Of a stretch of DNA of 64,000 bases, positions 51,120-61,433 are shown piece by piece; the first letter of the stretch is position 1; every line of letters begins with the position of its first letter. Where the stretch lies: contig NZ_JAUNKO010000004.1 in NCBI RefSeq assembly GCF_030532715.1, positions 268,372 through 332,371 on the forward strand, read 5' to 3'. Under the pieces are notes generated by a model, which searched no databases, was not told the origin of the DNA, and saw only the letters and a program-made list of their open reading frames with translations. Position numbers and translations under genes: made by a program. Source of the DNA: Corynebacterium sp. GTDB taxonomy: Bacteria; Actinomycetota; Actinomycetes; Mycobacteriales; Mycobacteriaceae.

Positions 51120-51661
51120 CTATCCCAGACAAACTCACTACCCGCCCTCCGCGAGTCATTCCGGCGGTGTTGTTAGCAGTGCTTGCCGTGGCGTTTGGAG
51201 GCGTTGGCATTTGGCTTTTCGGTGTTCGACAGTTCGACGGTAACTGGCCGCCGCAGGCAAGCGCGACGCTGCAAACGTTGGCCACGGTACCGTTCGGGAG
51301 CACCGCGGTGTTTGCTGCATCCATTGCGGTTTTCGTTGTGGGGGTGGTGTTCATGTGCTGTGGACTCATCCCAGGCGATCCCAGCAACCGCGAAGTGCTG
51401 CCGTTGGAAGCGCCGGGGCAAACAGTGATGGCCCGCCGCGACATTGCCCGCCAGATCAAGCGTGAGGTCGAACTCATTGATGGGGTGGGGAGTGCCCAGG
51501 TTTCGTTACAGCGCCGCGCGTTAGACGTTTCGGTGGGCACTCCGATCGACGCTGTAGATGCGATCAAACAGCGGACCAAAGTGGTGGTGGATCAGCAACT
51601 TGAGCAACTCCACCCGACAACCACTATTCGTCCGCGGATCCGTGTGAGGCACGTGCGCTGA
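51116..51661 (+). CDS. membrane protein of the Asp23 locus (DUF6286-like)
   Basis: GTG overlaps the upstream stop (GTGA). It has two TM helices. Confidence 0.5.
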   Translation: MTIPDKLTTRPPRVIPAVLLAVLAVAFGGVGIWLFGVRQFDGNWPPQASATLQTLATVPFGSTAVFAASIAVFVVGVVFMCCGLIPGDPSNREVLPLEAPGQTVMARRDIARQIKREVELIDGVGSAQVSLQRRALDVSVGTPIDAVDAIKQRTKVVVDQQLEQLHPTTTIRPRIRVRHVR

Positions 51662-51691
51662 CACGTCGGTGGACACAGAGAGGAATCGAAA

Positions 51692-52258
51692 GTGCGTACA
51701 GTTTCTCGAGGGCGTAATCGCCTCGTGCTCATTGTTTGCGGTGCGTTATTGCTCATTGCGGGTGCGTGGGTGATGTCTGCATCGACTTCGCTGCGCCAAC
51801 ATTGGCAAGGCGCCGAGCGTTTCCTGCCGGCCCCGCAGCACACCCTGGTGGATATTGCAGCCGTGAACCCGTGGTTATTGCCCGTAGCACTGATCATTTC
51901 GGTGCTGCTCTTGGGGTGCGGAGTATTGCTGCTCATTGGTCAGGTGCCCACCGCGCCACCAAGCTCGCCGGTGCGGATCACCGATGGTCAGGACAGCCTG
52001 CTGGGTTCCATTGAGCCCAAAGTTTTCGAGCGTGCATTGCAGGAAACTGCGGAGAGTTTCCCCGGCATTGAATCGTCGAACGTGTATTTTGGTGGTAGCA
52101 CTCGTGCGCCGTGGCTGCAGGCGGAAGTAACTGTCGCGGAAGGGGCGCACCTTGCATGGGCCGTCAATGCTGTGCGGGCCGGACTCGCCGAAGCTGTGAC
52201 TACGGCGCTTGGAACCCCACCCGCACGGCTGGATCTTCAGGTGAAATTGGGAACCTAA
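51692..52258 (+). CDS. alkaline-shock-response membrane anchor protein AmaP-like
   Basis: GTG with GAGAGGAA upstream, two TM helices and a C-terminal soluble domain. Confidence 0.5.
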   Translation: MRTVSRGRNRLVLIVCGALLLIAGAWVMSASTSLRQHWQGAERFLPAPQHTLVDIAAVNPWLLPVALIISVLLLGCGVLLLIGQVPTAPPSSPVRITDGQDSLLGSIEPKVFERALQETAESFPGIESSNVYFGGSTRAPWLQAEVTVAEGAHLAWAVNAVRAGLAEAVTTALGTPPARLDLQVKLGT

Positions 52259-52845
52259 TGGCGCTTGGATCGGAACGACAACGACAACTCGTCGTAAGGT
52301 CACAGGACGGGGACGATGATGCGTTTTGTGAGATCGTCAACCATCATCAGGCTCGACTGTATCGGATTGCATACATGATTCTGCACGACCGAATGGATGC
52401 GGAAGACGTGGTGCAGGAAGCATTGATTACTGCGTGGCGGCGCTTGCATTTGCTGCAAGATCCTGGAACTTTTTCCGCGTGGGTTTCGCAAATCGCGTCG
52501 CGGGCTGCCATGGACCTTGTGCGCAAGCACGCGCGCCGGGCCACGGACAGTGCCGATACCCGCAACCTAGAGGACGGGGCACAACCCGATCAGGCTGGGG
52601 TTGCGGGTGCTGTCCACGCGAAGGATCCAGCCCACCAGGCGGTGGCGAACGCACAGATGGAAGCGTTGGCAAAGATGCTGCAAACAATCGAGCCGAACAA
52701 TCGTGCCTGCTGGGTACTCTATGAGATCGACGGGCAAAGTTATCGGGAGATCGCGGCTACCGTAGGCGTCTCCGAAACTGCGGTGCGTGGCCGTATCGCG
52801 CGAGCTCGCCAGGCCATCATCGACCGGATGAAGGATTGGAGGTGA
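52258..52845 (+). CDS. ECF sigma factor (sigma-70 family)
   Basis: TAATG overlap with the upstream gene. Region 2 (DAEDVVQEALITAWRR) and region 4 (SYREIAATVGVSETAVRGRIARARQAI) are present. Confidence 0.8.
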   Translation: MALGSERQRQLVVRSQDGDDDAFCEIVNHHQARLYRIAYMILHDRMDAEDVVQEALITAWRRLHLLQDPGTFSAWVSQIASRAAMDLVRKHARRATDSADTRNLEDGAQPDQAGVAGAVHAKDPAHQAVANAQMEALAKMLQTIEPNNRACWVLYEIDGQSYREIAATVGVSETAVRGRIARARQAIIDRMKDWR

Positions 52846-52851
52846 CTGGGG

Positions 52852-53334
52852 ATGGGTGACCAAACTTCGAATGCCTACCTGGAGTTAATCCGGGCCGTGC
52901 ACGATGAATGGAACGAACTGGAACGTGCTGGGGATGAATCAGTGCAGGTTTCGGCCACGGCGCTTGCCGCGATTAAGGAAGCCGTGCGTGTGGAAGCCCG
53001 ACACGGTTGCCAGGTGCACATGCCGGACACCGCACTAGGCACGTACTCCGTGTCCGAGCTTGCGTTGCGGAACCTGCTGCGCAATGCGGCGGATACCGTT
53101 CCGGGCGTGTGCGCACTGAACAGCGAAATAGTCGCCGACGATAAAGAAGGCGTGCTGCGTGAACGTGAGACACCCCAACGCCTCGCTTGTCGGATTTCTG
53201 TGCAATATGATCGCGTGGATTTCATCAACGTTGCGGAGCAAGTGCGAAGCGCCATTGCTGCGGCGTGTGCCGAACATTTCGGTTTACGCGACGTGGCTAT
53301 CGACGTTCACATTGAGGATCTTCATGAATGCTGA
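52852..53334 (+). CDS. Asp23/Gls24-family protein (paralog 3; possible sigma-associated factor)
   Basis: …VAIDVHIEDLHE is an Asp23-like C-terminus. Confidence 0.5.
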   Translation: MGDQTSNAYLELIRAVHDEWNELERAGDESVQVSATALAAIKEAVRVEARHGCQVHMPDTALGTYSVSELALRNLLRNAADTVPGVCALNSEIVADDKEGVLRERETPQRLACRISVQYDRVDFINVAEQVRSAIAAACAEHFGLRDVAIDVHIEDLHEC

Positions 53335-53674
53335 GTTGAACACCCCCGAGTGCCACACACCGAAACCGTCAACTGTGCGCGCCGCTGACCTTATCCCTAT
53401 TGTGGAGGCCGTCGACGGCGTGCGGGGCATCCAGGCCGGTGTGGGGACCGCGTTGCGCGCGTTGGATGCGAAGTTGCGTAAACGCGACGAACGCTCAGCG
53501 CGCTTCGGCATCATTATCGATGGCGCTACAGACTTGGTAACCTTAGAACTCGCTCTTGAATCGGGGCCGCCGATCAAAGGCATTGTGGAATCAATCCAAC
53601 GTACCGTGGGTGAAGCATTCGCCTCCGCCGGACAAAATCCGAAAGTTCATGTGCGGGTGATGTCTGTGTATTGA
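53324..53674 (+). CDS. Asp23/Gls24-family protein (paralog 4)
   Basis: 116 aa. The start overlaps the upstream stop. …KVHVRVMSVY is an Asp23-like ending. Confidence 0.6.
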   Translation: MNAELNTPECHTPKPSTVRAADLIPIVEAVDGVRGIQAGVGTALRALDAKLRKRDERSARFGIIIDGATDLVTLELALESGPPIKGIVESIQRTVGEAFASAGQNPKVHVRVMSVY

Positions 53675-53859
53675 TGCCGTACCTGTGGTTGGCTTCATAA
53701 GCTGCAAATCGGTGGCTCGTGCGAGGTAGCAGGCACTCGCCTTGCTAAGGTGCTCCGTAGCGTCAGCTGTAACGGAATTCAACGAACGCACGGTTTTCCA
53801 TTTGGTTCCGGATCCAAGGCGTTTGGCGTATCACGCGAATCTGCAGGAAGGCCTCATTT

Positions 53860-54507
53860 ATGCTTCAAGTGCTCACGTTTGCGCTGTTGGACTCCGTCAA
53901 CCTGCTGCTCATCGCCGTCGTGGTCGGCATCGGGGTGGCGCTGCCCAGCAAGTACGGCCGAGTAGCAGCACTTCTCGTCGGCGGGGACTGGTTGGGCGTG
54001 TTCGTCGCTTCGGTACTGTGCCTCGTGTTTTTCGATTCCATCGGCAGCGCCGTTACCTCACTGGTGCATTCCCCAGTCTTCGGGTGGATTCTCATCATCA
54101 CCGGCTTGATCGCTTTGGTCATGTCGATTCGGGGCGGCGATTCGAGCGCGATGGTGGAGCGGATTATGGCGCCACTTCGCGCGCCGTCGATAGGCACGGT
54201 GGGCATGGGGTTTATGTTGGGGGCGGTGCAATCGCTGACTTCCGCCCCGTTTTATGGCGGGCTGTTGGTGCTTTCCGCCAGCGGGTTGAACGTACTCGTT
54301 CGGTACCTCACGCTGTTCCTGTACGCCACACTCGCCCTGAGTTTGCCAACACTATGTGCGATTTGCGTGGGGTACATTCGTAGTCGGCCGGAAAGTTGGT
54401 TGGGGCGCAGCTTTGTGTGGGCGCGGGATAACAAAGAAGCCGTCAATAAGTTCGCCGGCTTCTTCGTCGCCTTCATCTTGATCGTTGTAGGCGTGTTTCA
54501 CCTGTAA
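53860..54507 (+). CDS. integral membrane protein (6 TM, hypothetical)
   Basis: Hydropathy only. Confidence 0.5.
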   Translation: MLQVLTFALLDSVNLLLIAVVVGIGVALPSKYGRVAALLVGGDWLGVFVASVLCLVFFDSIGSAVTSLVHSPVFGWILIITGLIALVMSIRGGDSSAMVERIMAPLRAPSIGTVGMGFMLGAVQSLTSAPFYGGLLVLSASGLNVLVRYLTLFLYATLALSLPTLCAICVGYIRSRPESWLGRSFVWARDNKEAVNKFAGFFVAFILIVVGVFHL

Positions 54508-54544
54508 CAACGGTGCGCCCAGAACGCCCAGAGCGCCCAGAACG

Positions 54545-55108
54545 CTACGTTGCGGTCAGTGCGGCTGCGCCAAAGGACACGGAGAAGTCTTCGCACCACA
54601 GGTCGACGGCAGTCCAATCGTTGGGGTTGAAATCGGCCGGCAGATCGTACACTTGGTTGCCTTGGTTGCCCTTGAGTGGCGCGATGTCAAGATGCGGGTG
54701 TTCGCCCGCAGTGAAGAAACCGTCAAAGCCTTCAAACACTGGACCTTTTGAAAGCCACACGCGTACATCCGGCCCATTCGAAGTGTTTAAGTTTTCCAGG
54801 GTGAGTTGGTGGGATCCGTCCGGAAGCCGGTAAATTCGAGCATTGCCGGTGGTGGTGTGCTCATGTGAAACGAACTCGCCCTGCGACACTACAACCGGCC
54901 CGGAAGGCGTTTCCGAAGCTGGGGAGTGGGTGGCGTTGGAGTCGGTGTTGGCGGTTGCGGATGCGCTGGTTGCGGCTTGGGGAATCTCTTCGTTGATTTC
55001 GGTATTTACCAAAAGCAGCCACGGTTTGAACACGGCCAAAGCGATGCCAACAGCAACAATGATGGCGGCGAGAAAGGCTCCTACGAGCAGGCGCCGTTTC
55101 GAGGTCAT
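54545..55108 (-). CDS. DM13-domain protein, membrane-anchored
   Basis: The start is assigned to MTSKRRLLVGAFLAAIIVAV (AAAGGA 6 nt upstream). The C-terminus matches a DM13 pattern (…YDLPADFNPNDWTAVDLWCEDFSVSFG). Confidence 0.55.
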   Translation of the reverse strand: MTSKRRLLVGAFLAAIIVAVGIALAVFKPWLLLVNTEINEEIPQAATSASATANTDSNATHSPASETPSGPVVVSQGEFVSHEHTTTGNARIYRLPDGSHQLTLENLNTSNGPDVRVWLSKGPVFEGFDGFFTAGEHPHLDIAPLKGNQGNQVYDLPADFNPNDWTAVDLWCEDFSVSFGAAALTAT

Positions 55109-55490
55109 CGTAATCCTTTCAGGTTGCGGTGGTTCAAGCTGGGCGCTTCCGCGCGGTATCAGGGTCCGTATGCTGTAACGCACGTTGCGGCGGAAATAAT
55201 CCAGCAGGTACGCAACGGCCGGTTGGGTGGTGGGCGACGCCCGTACACGAAAATCCGCAAAAGAACAATGTTCAAGCTGAACCTTTGGGTGCGATATTGT
55301 TCACTAATTGGCACGGGGGCGTGTGGGCTCAATATCACTCGTCGCCACGGGGGAATGCTTGGTTATGGTGGGTAAATGTCCGATCGGGCATAAATTTCAT
55401 GGGTCTAAGCCCACGAAATTCAAAAATAACCGGACATCTATACTGGTTTTCTGCCTGCATATGTCGATTTTTTCACCTAAATTTGGATGT

Positions 55491-56987
55491 ATGAGTCCAC
55501 GAAAGATTGGCGTAACAGAAGTCGCCTTACGCGATGCGCACCAGAGCCTCATGGCTACCCGCATGGCCCTGGAAGACATGGTCGGGGTTTGCGAGGAAAT
55601 TGACCAAGCTGGGTTTTGGAGCGTTGAATGCTGGGGCGGCGCAACCTTCGATTCCTGCATTCGCTTCCTGAACGAAGATCCGTGGGAGCGCTTGCGCACC
55701 TTCCGCAAGCTCATGCCGAACAGCCGTTTGCAAATGTTGCTGCGTGGTCAGAACCTGTTGGGTTACCGCCACTACGAAGACATGGTGGTGGATAAGTTTG
55801 TGGAGAAATCCGCAGAAAACGGCATGGACGTATTCCGCGTTTTCGACGCCCTGAATGATCCCCGCAACCTTGAGCACGCCATGCAGGCTGTGAAGAAGGT
55901 GGGCAAGCACGCCCAGGGTACGATTTGCTACACGGTTTCCCCACTGCACACCGTGGAGGGCTACATTGAGCAAGCCGGCCGGCTGCTGGATATGGGCGCC
56001 GATTCCATCGCCTTGAAGGACATGGCCGCGCTGCTGAAACCCCAGCCAGCGTACGATATCGTCCGCGGCATTAAAGATACCTACGGGGAGGACACCCAGA
56101 TCAACGTCCACTGCCACTCCACCACGGGTGTCACATTGGTGACGTTGATGAAGGCTATCGAGGCCGGCGCGGACGTCGTCGATTCGGCCATTTCTTCGAT
56201 GTCCCTTGGGCCTGGCCACAACCCCACCGAATCGCTTGTGGAAATGCTGGAAGGCACGGGCTATGAGACCGGCCTGAACATGGATTTGCTGATTGCCATT
56301 CGCGATCACTTCAAGGCCGTGCGCCCCAAGTATGCCGAATTTGAATCCAAGACGCTCGTGGATACGGATATCTTCCTTTCCCAAATCCCCGGCGGCATGC
56401 TGTCCAATATGGAATCCCAGTTGCGTGCCCAGGGCGCCGGCGACCGCATCGATGAAGTGATGCGCGAAGTTCCGGTGGTGCGCAAGGATGCCGGCTACCC
56501 GCCGTTGGTGACGCCGTCGTCACAGATCGTGGGCACCCAGGCGGTGTTTAACGTGCTCATGGGCCGTTACAAGGTCATGACCGCCGAATTCGCCGACCTG
56601 ATGCTCGGCTACTACGGCGAATGTATCGGCGAACGTAACCCTGAGTTGATCAAACAAGCCGAGGCGCAAACTAAGAAGAATTCCATCACTTGCCGCCCCG
56701 CGGACCTGCTGGAACCCGAGTGGGACAAGCTGCGTGAAGAAGCTGCCGGGCTGGAAGGTTTCGACGGCACCGACGAGGACGTGCTCACCGTGGCGTTGTT
56801 CCCAGGTGTCGCCCCAGGGTTCTTGAAGAGCCGCCCTGAGGGGCCGAAGAACGTGGGCAAGACTGCCGCCCAGCTGGAAAAAGAAAAGGCTGCTGCTTCC
56901 GGCGCCGCCAACGCTGTGCGTGAACCGATTAGCTACAAGGTCACTGTGGGTGGCCGTTCCCAGACCGTCAAGGTCGAACCGGCCTAA
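55491..56987 (+). CDS. carboxyltransferase 5S subunit (pyruvate/oxaloacetate carboxyltransferase, transcarboxylase-type)
   Basis: Strong resemblance along the full length to the Propionibacterium transcarboxylase 5S subunit as I recall it (LRDAHQSLMATRM, SVECWGGATFDSCIRFLNEDPWERL, KDMAALLKP, HCHSTTG). Confidence 0.8.
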   Translation: MSPRKIGVTEVALRDAHQSLMATRMALEDMVGVCEEIDQAGFWSVECWGGATFDSCIRFLNEDPWERLRTFRKLMPNSRLQMLLRGQNLLGYRHYEDMVVDKFVEKSAENGMDVFRVFDALNDPRNLEHAMQAVKKVGKHAQGTICYTVSPLHTVEGYIEQAGRLLDMGADSIALKDMAALLKPQPAYDIVRGIKDTYGEDTQINVHCHSTTGVTLVTLMKAIEAGADVVDSAISSMSLGPGHNPTESLVEMLEGTGYETGLNMDLLIAIRDHFKAVRPKYAEFESKTLVDTDIFLSQIPGGMLSNMESQLRAQGAGDRIDEVMREVPVVRKDAGYPPLVTPSSQIVGTQAVFNVLMGRYKVMTAEFADLMLGYYGECIGERNPELIKQAEAQTKKNSITCRPADLLEPEWDKLREEAAGLEGFDGTDEDVLTVALFPGVAPGFLKSRPEGPKNVGKTAAQLEKEKAAASGAANAVREPISYKVTVGGRSQTVKVEPA

Positions 56988-57001
56988 GGAGACTAGACAC
57001 C

Positions 57002-58558
57002 ATGGCACATGAAGCCAGCATGCAAGAGCGGCTTGCAGCCCTCGAAGAAGCCCGCAACAAGGTCGCGCTTGGCGGTGGCGAAGACAAGATCGAAAAGCAG
57101 CACGAGCGCGGCAAGCTGACCGCCCGCGAACGCATTGCCGCCCTCGTTGATGAGGACACGTTCCAGGAAACGGGCATGTTCGCTACGCACCGCACCACCC
57201 ACTTCGGCATGGACACCGCCGAAGCCCCCGCAGATGGTGTGGTCACCGGCTCCGGCGCGGTATTTGGCCGCCCCGTGCATATCGCCTCCCAGGACTTCAC
57301 TGTGATGGGCGGTTCCGCCGGCGAAACTCAATCCAATAAGGTGGCCGCCATGATGGAGGCATCCGCCACCACCGGGACGCCTTTCGTGTTTATCAATGAT
57401 TCGGGTGGCGCCCGCGTCCAAGAAGGCATTGATTCCCTGTCCGGCTACGGCAAGGTGTTCTACCAGAACGTGCTGCTGTCCGGTTTGGTGCCGCAGATTT
57501 CCATTATCGCCGGACCGTGCGCCGGCGGTGCGGCGTACTCGCCCGCGCTTACGGACTTCATTATTCAAACCCGAAACGCACAGATGTTTATCACCGGCCC
57601 GGGCGTGATCAAGTCCGTCACTGGCGAAGACGTCACCTCGGAGGCTCTCGGCGGCGCGGATGCCCACATGGCCAAGGCCGGCAACATTCACTTTGTCGCC
57701 GAAGATGATGAACAGGCCGTGCTTATTGCGCAGAAGTTGCTCAGCTTCCTGCCGCAGAACAACACCGAGGAACCGCCGGTGGTGGATCCCGACTACATTG
57801 TCGAACCCGACGAGTCCCTGCGCGATATCGTTCCCGTGGAAGGCAAAAAGGGCTACGACGTCCGCGACGTGATCACCCGTCTCGTGGACCGTGGTGATTT
57901 CCTTGAAGTTCAGGCAGGTTATGCCCAGAACCTCGTCGTGGGTTTCGGTCGCATGGTCGGTCGAACCGTGGGCGTGATTGCGAACCAGCCGAGTGTGATG
58001 TCCGGCGTGCTGGACATCAATTCCTCTGACAAAGGTAGCCAGTTTATTCGCTTCTGCAACGCGTTCAACATCCCGCTGATCACGCTGGTTGACGTCCCAG
58101 GCTTCATGCCGGGTGTCGCCCAAGAGCACGGCGGTATCATCCGCCACGGCGCGAAGATGCTGTATGCGTATTCTTCGGCGTCCGTGCCAAAGATCACGGT
58201 GGTGCTGCGGAAGTCCTACGGCGGCGCATACCTGGCGATGTGCTCGAAGGACTTGGGCGCCGACCGCGTGTTCGCGTGGCCGACCGCGGAGATCGCGGTG
58301 ATGGGCGCGGATGGCGCGGTGAACGTGGTATTCCGCCGGGAAATTGCCGCCGCGGAAGACAAGGAAGCCAAGCGTGAGGAGCTCATCCAGCTGTACAAGG
58401 ATACGTTCTCCACGCCGTTTATGGCGGCGTCGCGCGGCCTCGTCGATGACATTATCGACCCCTCCGAAACCCGCCGGGAAGTCGCGATGGCGCTCGAGGT
58501 GCTCACCAACAAGCGTGTGACTCGTCCCGCTAAGAAGCACGGCCTAGGTCCGGTGTAA
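57002..58558 (+). CDS. acyl-CoA carboxyltransferase 12S/beta subunit (methylmalonyl-/propionyl-CoA carboxyltransferase)
   Basis: Carboxyltransferase N- and C-domains are present, with the motif …GGSAGETQ…. Confidence 0.8.
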   Translation: MAHEASMQERLAALEEARNKVALGGGEDKIEKQHERGKLTARERIAALVDEDTFQETGMFATHRTTHFGMDTAEAPADGVVTGSGAVFGRPVHIASQDFTVMGGSAGETQSNKVAAMMEASATTGTPFVFINDSGGARVQEGIDSLSGYGKVFYQNVLLSGLVPQISIIAGPCAGGAAYSPALTDFIIQTRNAQMFITGPGVIKSVTGEDVTSEALGGADAHMAKAGNIHFVAEDDEQAVLIAQKLLSFLPQNNTEEPPVVDPDYIVEPDESLRDIVPVEGKKGYDVRDVITRLVDRGDFLEVQAGYAQNLVVGFGRMVGRTVGVIANQPSVMSGVLDINSSDKGSQFIRFCNAFNIPLITLVDVPGFMPGVAQEHGGIIRHGAKMLYAYSSASVPKITVVLRKSYGGAYLAMCSKDLGADRVFAWPTAEIAVMGADGAVNVVFRREIAAAEDKEAKREELIQLYKDTFSTPFMAASRGLVDDIIDPSETRREVAMALEVLTNKRVTRPAKKHGLGPV

Positions 58559-58561
58559 GCA

Positions 58562-58813
58562 ATGGAAAACACCGAATTGCTGCGGCTGGTTCAGCAGCTG
58601 CAAACCCGCCTTGAATCGGTCGAAAACGAACTCGAAGAATTGAAACGACGTTCGGACCAGGAGATTCCCGAAGATGTGCTGATGGCCATCTCGGCGGCCG
58701 TGTCCGCCTACATGGGTAATAGGGGTCGCGTGCGCGCTGTCCGGTTTAGCCGCCACCGCACGTGGGCCGCCCAAGGCCGCCAAGCAGTCCAGTCCCGCTC
58801 CCGTCACCTGTAA
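58562..58813 (+). CDS. acyl-CoA carboxylase epsilon-like small subunit
   Basis: 83 aa with an Ala-rich middle and basic tail, positioned between the 12S and biotin-carrier genes. Confidence 0.5.
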   Translation: MENTELLRLVQQLQTRLESVENELEELKRRSDQEIPEDVLMAISAAVSAYMGNRGRVRAVRFSRHRTWAAQGRQAVQSRSRHL

Positions 58814-58822
58814 GGAAAAGTC

Positions 58823-59179
58823 ATGAAACTTAAAGTGACCGTGAACGGCATCGCTTACAGCGTTGACGTAGAGGTCCAAGAAGAGCACCGCCAGCTCGGC
58901 TCCATCATTTTCGGCGGCAATTCCAACGTGTCTGAGCCAGCAACCGCCAGCGTCCAAGGCGTGTCCGCAAACGCGGTCGTCGCACCGCTCGCAGGTTCGG
59001 TATTCAAAGTCCTCGTCGAAGAAGGCCAGGAAATCGAGGCCGGCCAGGTGCTGCTCATTCTCGAGGCCATGAAGATGGAAACCGAAATTACTGCACCCAC
59101 CTCGGGCACCGTGGCCGTCATCCACGTCGACGTCGGCGACGCTGTGCAAGGCGGCCAAGCGCTGGTGGAAATCAACTAG
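58823..59179 (+). CDS. biotin carboxyl carrier protein (1.3S-type biotinyl subunit)
   Basis: The biotinylation motif EAMKME is present, together with a lipoyl/biotinyl fold pattern. Confidence 0.8.
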   Translation: MKLKVTVNGIAYSVDVEVQEEHRQLGSIIFGGNSNVSEPATASVQGVSANAVVAPLAGSVFKVLVEEGQEIEAGQVLLILEAMKMETEITAPTSGTVAVIHVDVGDAVQGGQALVEIN

Positions 59180-59214
59180 CCGCTTCTCGACGCCGCGACC
59201 AGCACCGGTACCAC

Positions 59215-59997
59215 CTACGTGGCGGTGCTGGTCAATGCGGCTAGCACCTCGTCGTGCAGCAGTCCGTTCGTTGCCAGCGCGTCGCCGCCCGCCGGGCCGT
59301 CGATACCCGCAAGGGAGGTGAAGCGGCCGCCGGCTTCGCTCACCAGGATGGATAGCGGCGCCAAATCCCACAGCGATACCTCCGGCTCGGTGGCGATATC
59401 CACCGCGCCTTCCGCGACGAGGCAATAGGACAGGAAATCCCCGAAGGCGCGCGGCCGCCAAATCGTATCCACGAGTTCGCTAAAGTTTTCGCGCAAGCCG
59501 AGCGCTGTCCAGCCTTCGAAAGAGGAGAAGGAGAGGGAAGCGTCGGAAAGTTTCGCAACCTTGGATACTTCGAGCCGTTTCGGCTGACCATTTTGAAACG
59601 TACGCCACGCCCCTTCGCCAGCGGATGCGAACCAACGGCGGCATAGGGCGGGGGCGGAGACTACGCCGACGACTGGGCGGCCGTCGATAAGAAGTGCGAT
59701 GAGTGTGGCCCACACGGGCACGCCGCGAACGTAGTTTTTCGTGCCGTCGATGGGGTCGATCACCCACTGGCGGCCGGTGGTAGGGGTGCCGCCAAATTCT
59801 TCGCCAAGTATTGCGTCATTCGGTGCGAGCTGCGCAAGTAACTCCCGCAGCTCTCGTTCGCAGGCAAGGTCGGCCTCCGACACCGGCGTCATGTCTGGTT
59901 TCGAATCAACTTTCAAATCCGTTGCTTCGAAGCGGGGCATGGTGATGGCGTCGGCGCGGTCCGCGAGCTGCAGCGCAATATCAAGATCTGATGTCAT
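59215..59997 (-). CDS. hisN: histidinol-phosphatase / inositol-monophosphatase family
   Basis: IMPase motifs are present ([18 protein letters not shown]). It is syntenic with impA-prfB as in C. glutamicum. Confidence 0.7.
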   Translation of the reverse strand: MTSDLDIALQLADRADAITMPRFEATDLKVDSKPDMTPVSEADLACERELRELLAQLAPNDAILGEEFGGTPTTGRQWVIDPIDGTKNYVRGVPVWATLIALLIDGRPVVGVVSAPALCRRWFASAGEGAWRTFQNGQPKRLEVSKVAKLSDASLSFSSFEGWTALGLRENFSELVDTIWRPRAFGDFLSYCLVAEGAVDIATEPEVSLWDLAPLSILVSEAGGRFTSLAGIDGPAGGDALATNGLLHDEVLAALTSTAT

Positions 59998-60001
59998 GTG
60001 G

Positions 60002-60820
60002 TCAGTCTAACGCAGCAACAATATCCTGAACCGCTGTTGCATTCCCCGCAATATTCCAGGTGACACCACCGCTTTCCACCACCGCAACACTGCCGCCAAC
60101 ACCTTCGATTAATGCCCGACCGGGGAGCCAATCCCACGCCGGCACCGAATGCTGCAGCCACGCCCCGAGCGTGCCATCTGCAACGCTAGCCAAATCAATG
60201 CTGCCCGCGCCCAACATGCGGATAGTGCCCGCGCCCGTAGCCACCTTGAGCCACGCGCGTTGCACCGCATCCGTGTGCGAAGGGTGTAAGTATGTGCCCA
60301 GCGACAGTGTGTTCAAGGGCGCGTCCGTAAGCTGCGGCAACGGCTGGCCGTCGCGGGTGGTGGGGATCGTACGACCCCCAAACCACGTATAGCCCATCGC
60401 CGGTCGATGCACCGCACCAAGCAGCGGCTCGTCGCCTTCGGCCAAGGCGAGCGCCGCGCAAAAGTAGTCGCTGCCTGAGGCGTAGTTGTAGGTGCCGTCG
60501 ATGGGGTCAATAACCCAGACCCGCCCGCTGGTGGATTCCCGTTGCGCGCCCTCTTCGCCCAACACCCCATCCGCGGGCCGGAGCGCCGCGAGGGCGCCGG
60601 AAATAAAATGCTCGGCTGCGCGATCCGCCTCGGTGACCACATCGGTGATGTTTGTCTTCTGTTGTGTGCTCACCCCGGCCTCGCGCATCCGCCAGGCGAG
60701 CCTACCGGCGTTGTATACCAGCGCTTGGGCGAGGCGTTCGTCGCTATCTGTTTCGTGCGCGATGACGAAGGTTTTCGTGATCGCACCGATCATGTCTTCG
60801 AGGTTTTGGGGGGTGCTCAT
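60002..60820 (-). CDS. impA: inositol monophosphatase family protein
   Basis: The motif [12 protein letters not shown] is present. Confidence 0.7.
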   Translation of the reverse strand: MSTPQNLEDMIGAITKTFVIAHETDSDERLAQALVYNAGRLAWRMREAGVSTQQKTNITDVVTEADRAAEHFISGALAALRPADGVLGEEGAQRESTSGRVWVIDPIDGTYNYASGSDYFCAALALAEGDEPLLGAVHRPAMGYTWFGGRTIPTTRDGQPLPQLTDAPLNTLSLGTYLHPSHTDAVQRAWLKVATGAGTIRMLGAGSIDLASVADGTLGAWLQHSVPAWDWLPGRALIEGVGGSVAVVESGGVTWNIAGNATAVQDIVAALD

Positions 60821-60911
60821 GGGTTCTATTCTGCACGTTGTTACGGGGCCGCGGTGGCAAACATCGGGGGTGAATAATAATAGATGTTATAGAAGCTTAT
60901 ACGCTTTAGTT

Positions 60912-61388
60912 ATGTTGCTTGCTGTTGGTGTACTACTCCTCGTGGCCGCGCTGCTCGGAGTGCCCGCAACGAAGGAGTGCTTCGACTCCCGCAACGGCGT
61001 GTGTTGGGATAACGGGATGCACAGTTCGTCACTGTTCGTGGCTGGCTTGCTGCTGCCGTCACTGTTCTGGGTGGCGTTTCCGTTTTGGGGCATTTTGTTC
61101 GACGTGGGCCAGCCGCTCATGCTCGTGTTGTTTACCTTGCTGGCGTTGGCGTGTATCGCGCTGGTGTGCGTGGGCACATGGAATGGGCGGCGCAGGTGGG
61201 GGAGTGCCGCTTGCGTCACGTACGGTACCGTGCTGGGCGTGGTGATGCCGTGGGCAATTTGGGCGGTGCCGAACCTGCACGATGACATGCTGTTCAAACA
61301 CCTTTATGCGATCGTGGTGTTAACGCTGTCGGGGTTGACGGCCATTGCGGTGGCCACGGTGCGTTTCCGAGGTGGGCTCGGCCGCTAG
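60912..61388 (+). CDS. small integral membrane protein (hypothetical)
   Basis: ATG at 60912 follows an AT-rich leader. Four hydrophobic helices. The track ORF 60492.. over-extends, antisense to impA. Confidence 0.45.
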   Translation: MLLAVGVLLLVAALLGVPATKECFDSRNGVCWDNGMHSSSLFVAGLLLPSLFWVAFPFWGILFDVGQPLMLVLFTLLALACIALVCVGTWNGRRRWGSAACVTYGTVLGVVMPWAIWAVPNLHDDMLFKHLYAIVVLTLSGLTAIAVATVRFRGGLGR

Positions 61389-61433
61389 GGCCACTGCGGT
61401 GGAGATGCTCGGACGGCGGGCAGTCCGCTACAC

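Noticed and set aside
55527-58540. 285-aa and 515-aa minus ORFs antisense to the 5S and 12S carboxyltransferase genes
   Set aside because: The sense-strand genes have strong full-length family matches. The antisense frames are His/Gly/Arg-rich.
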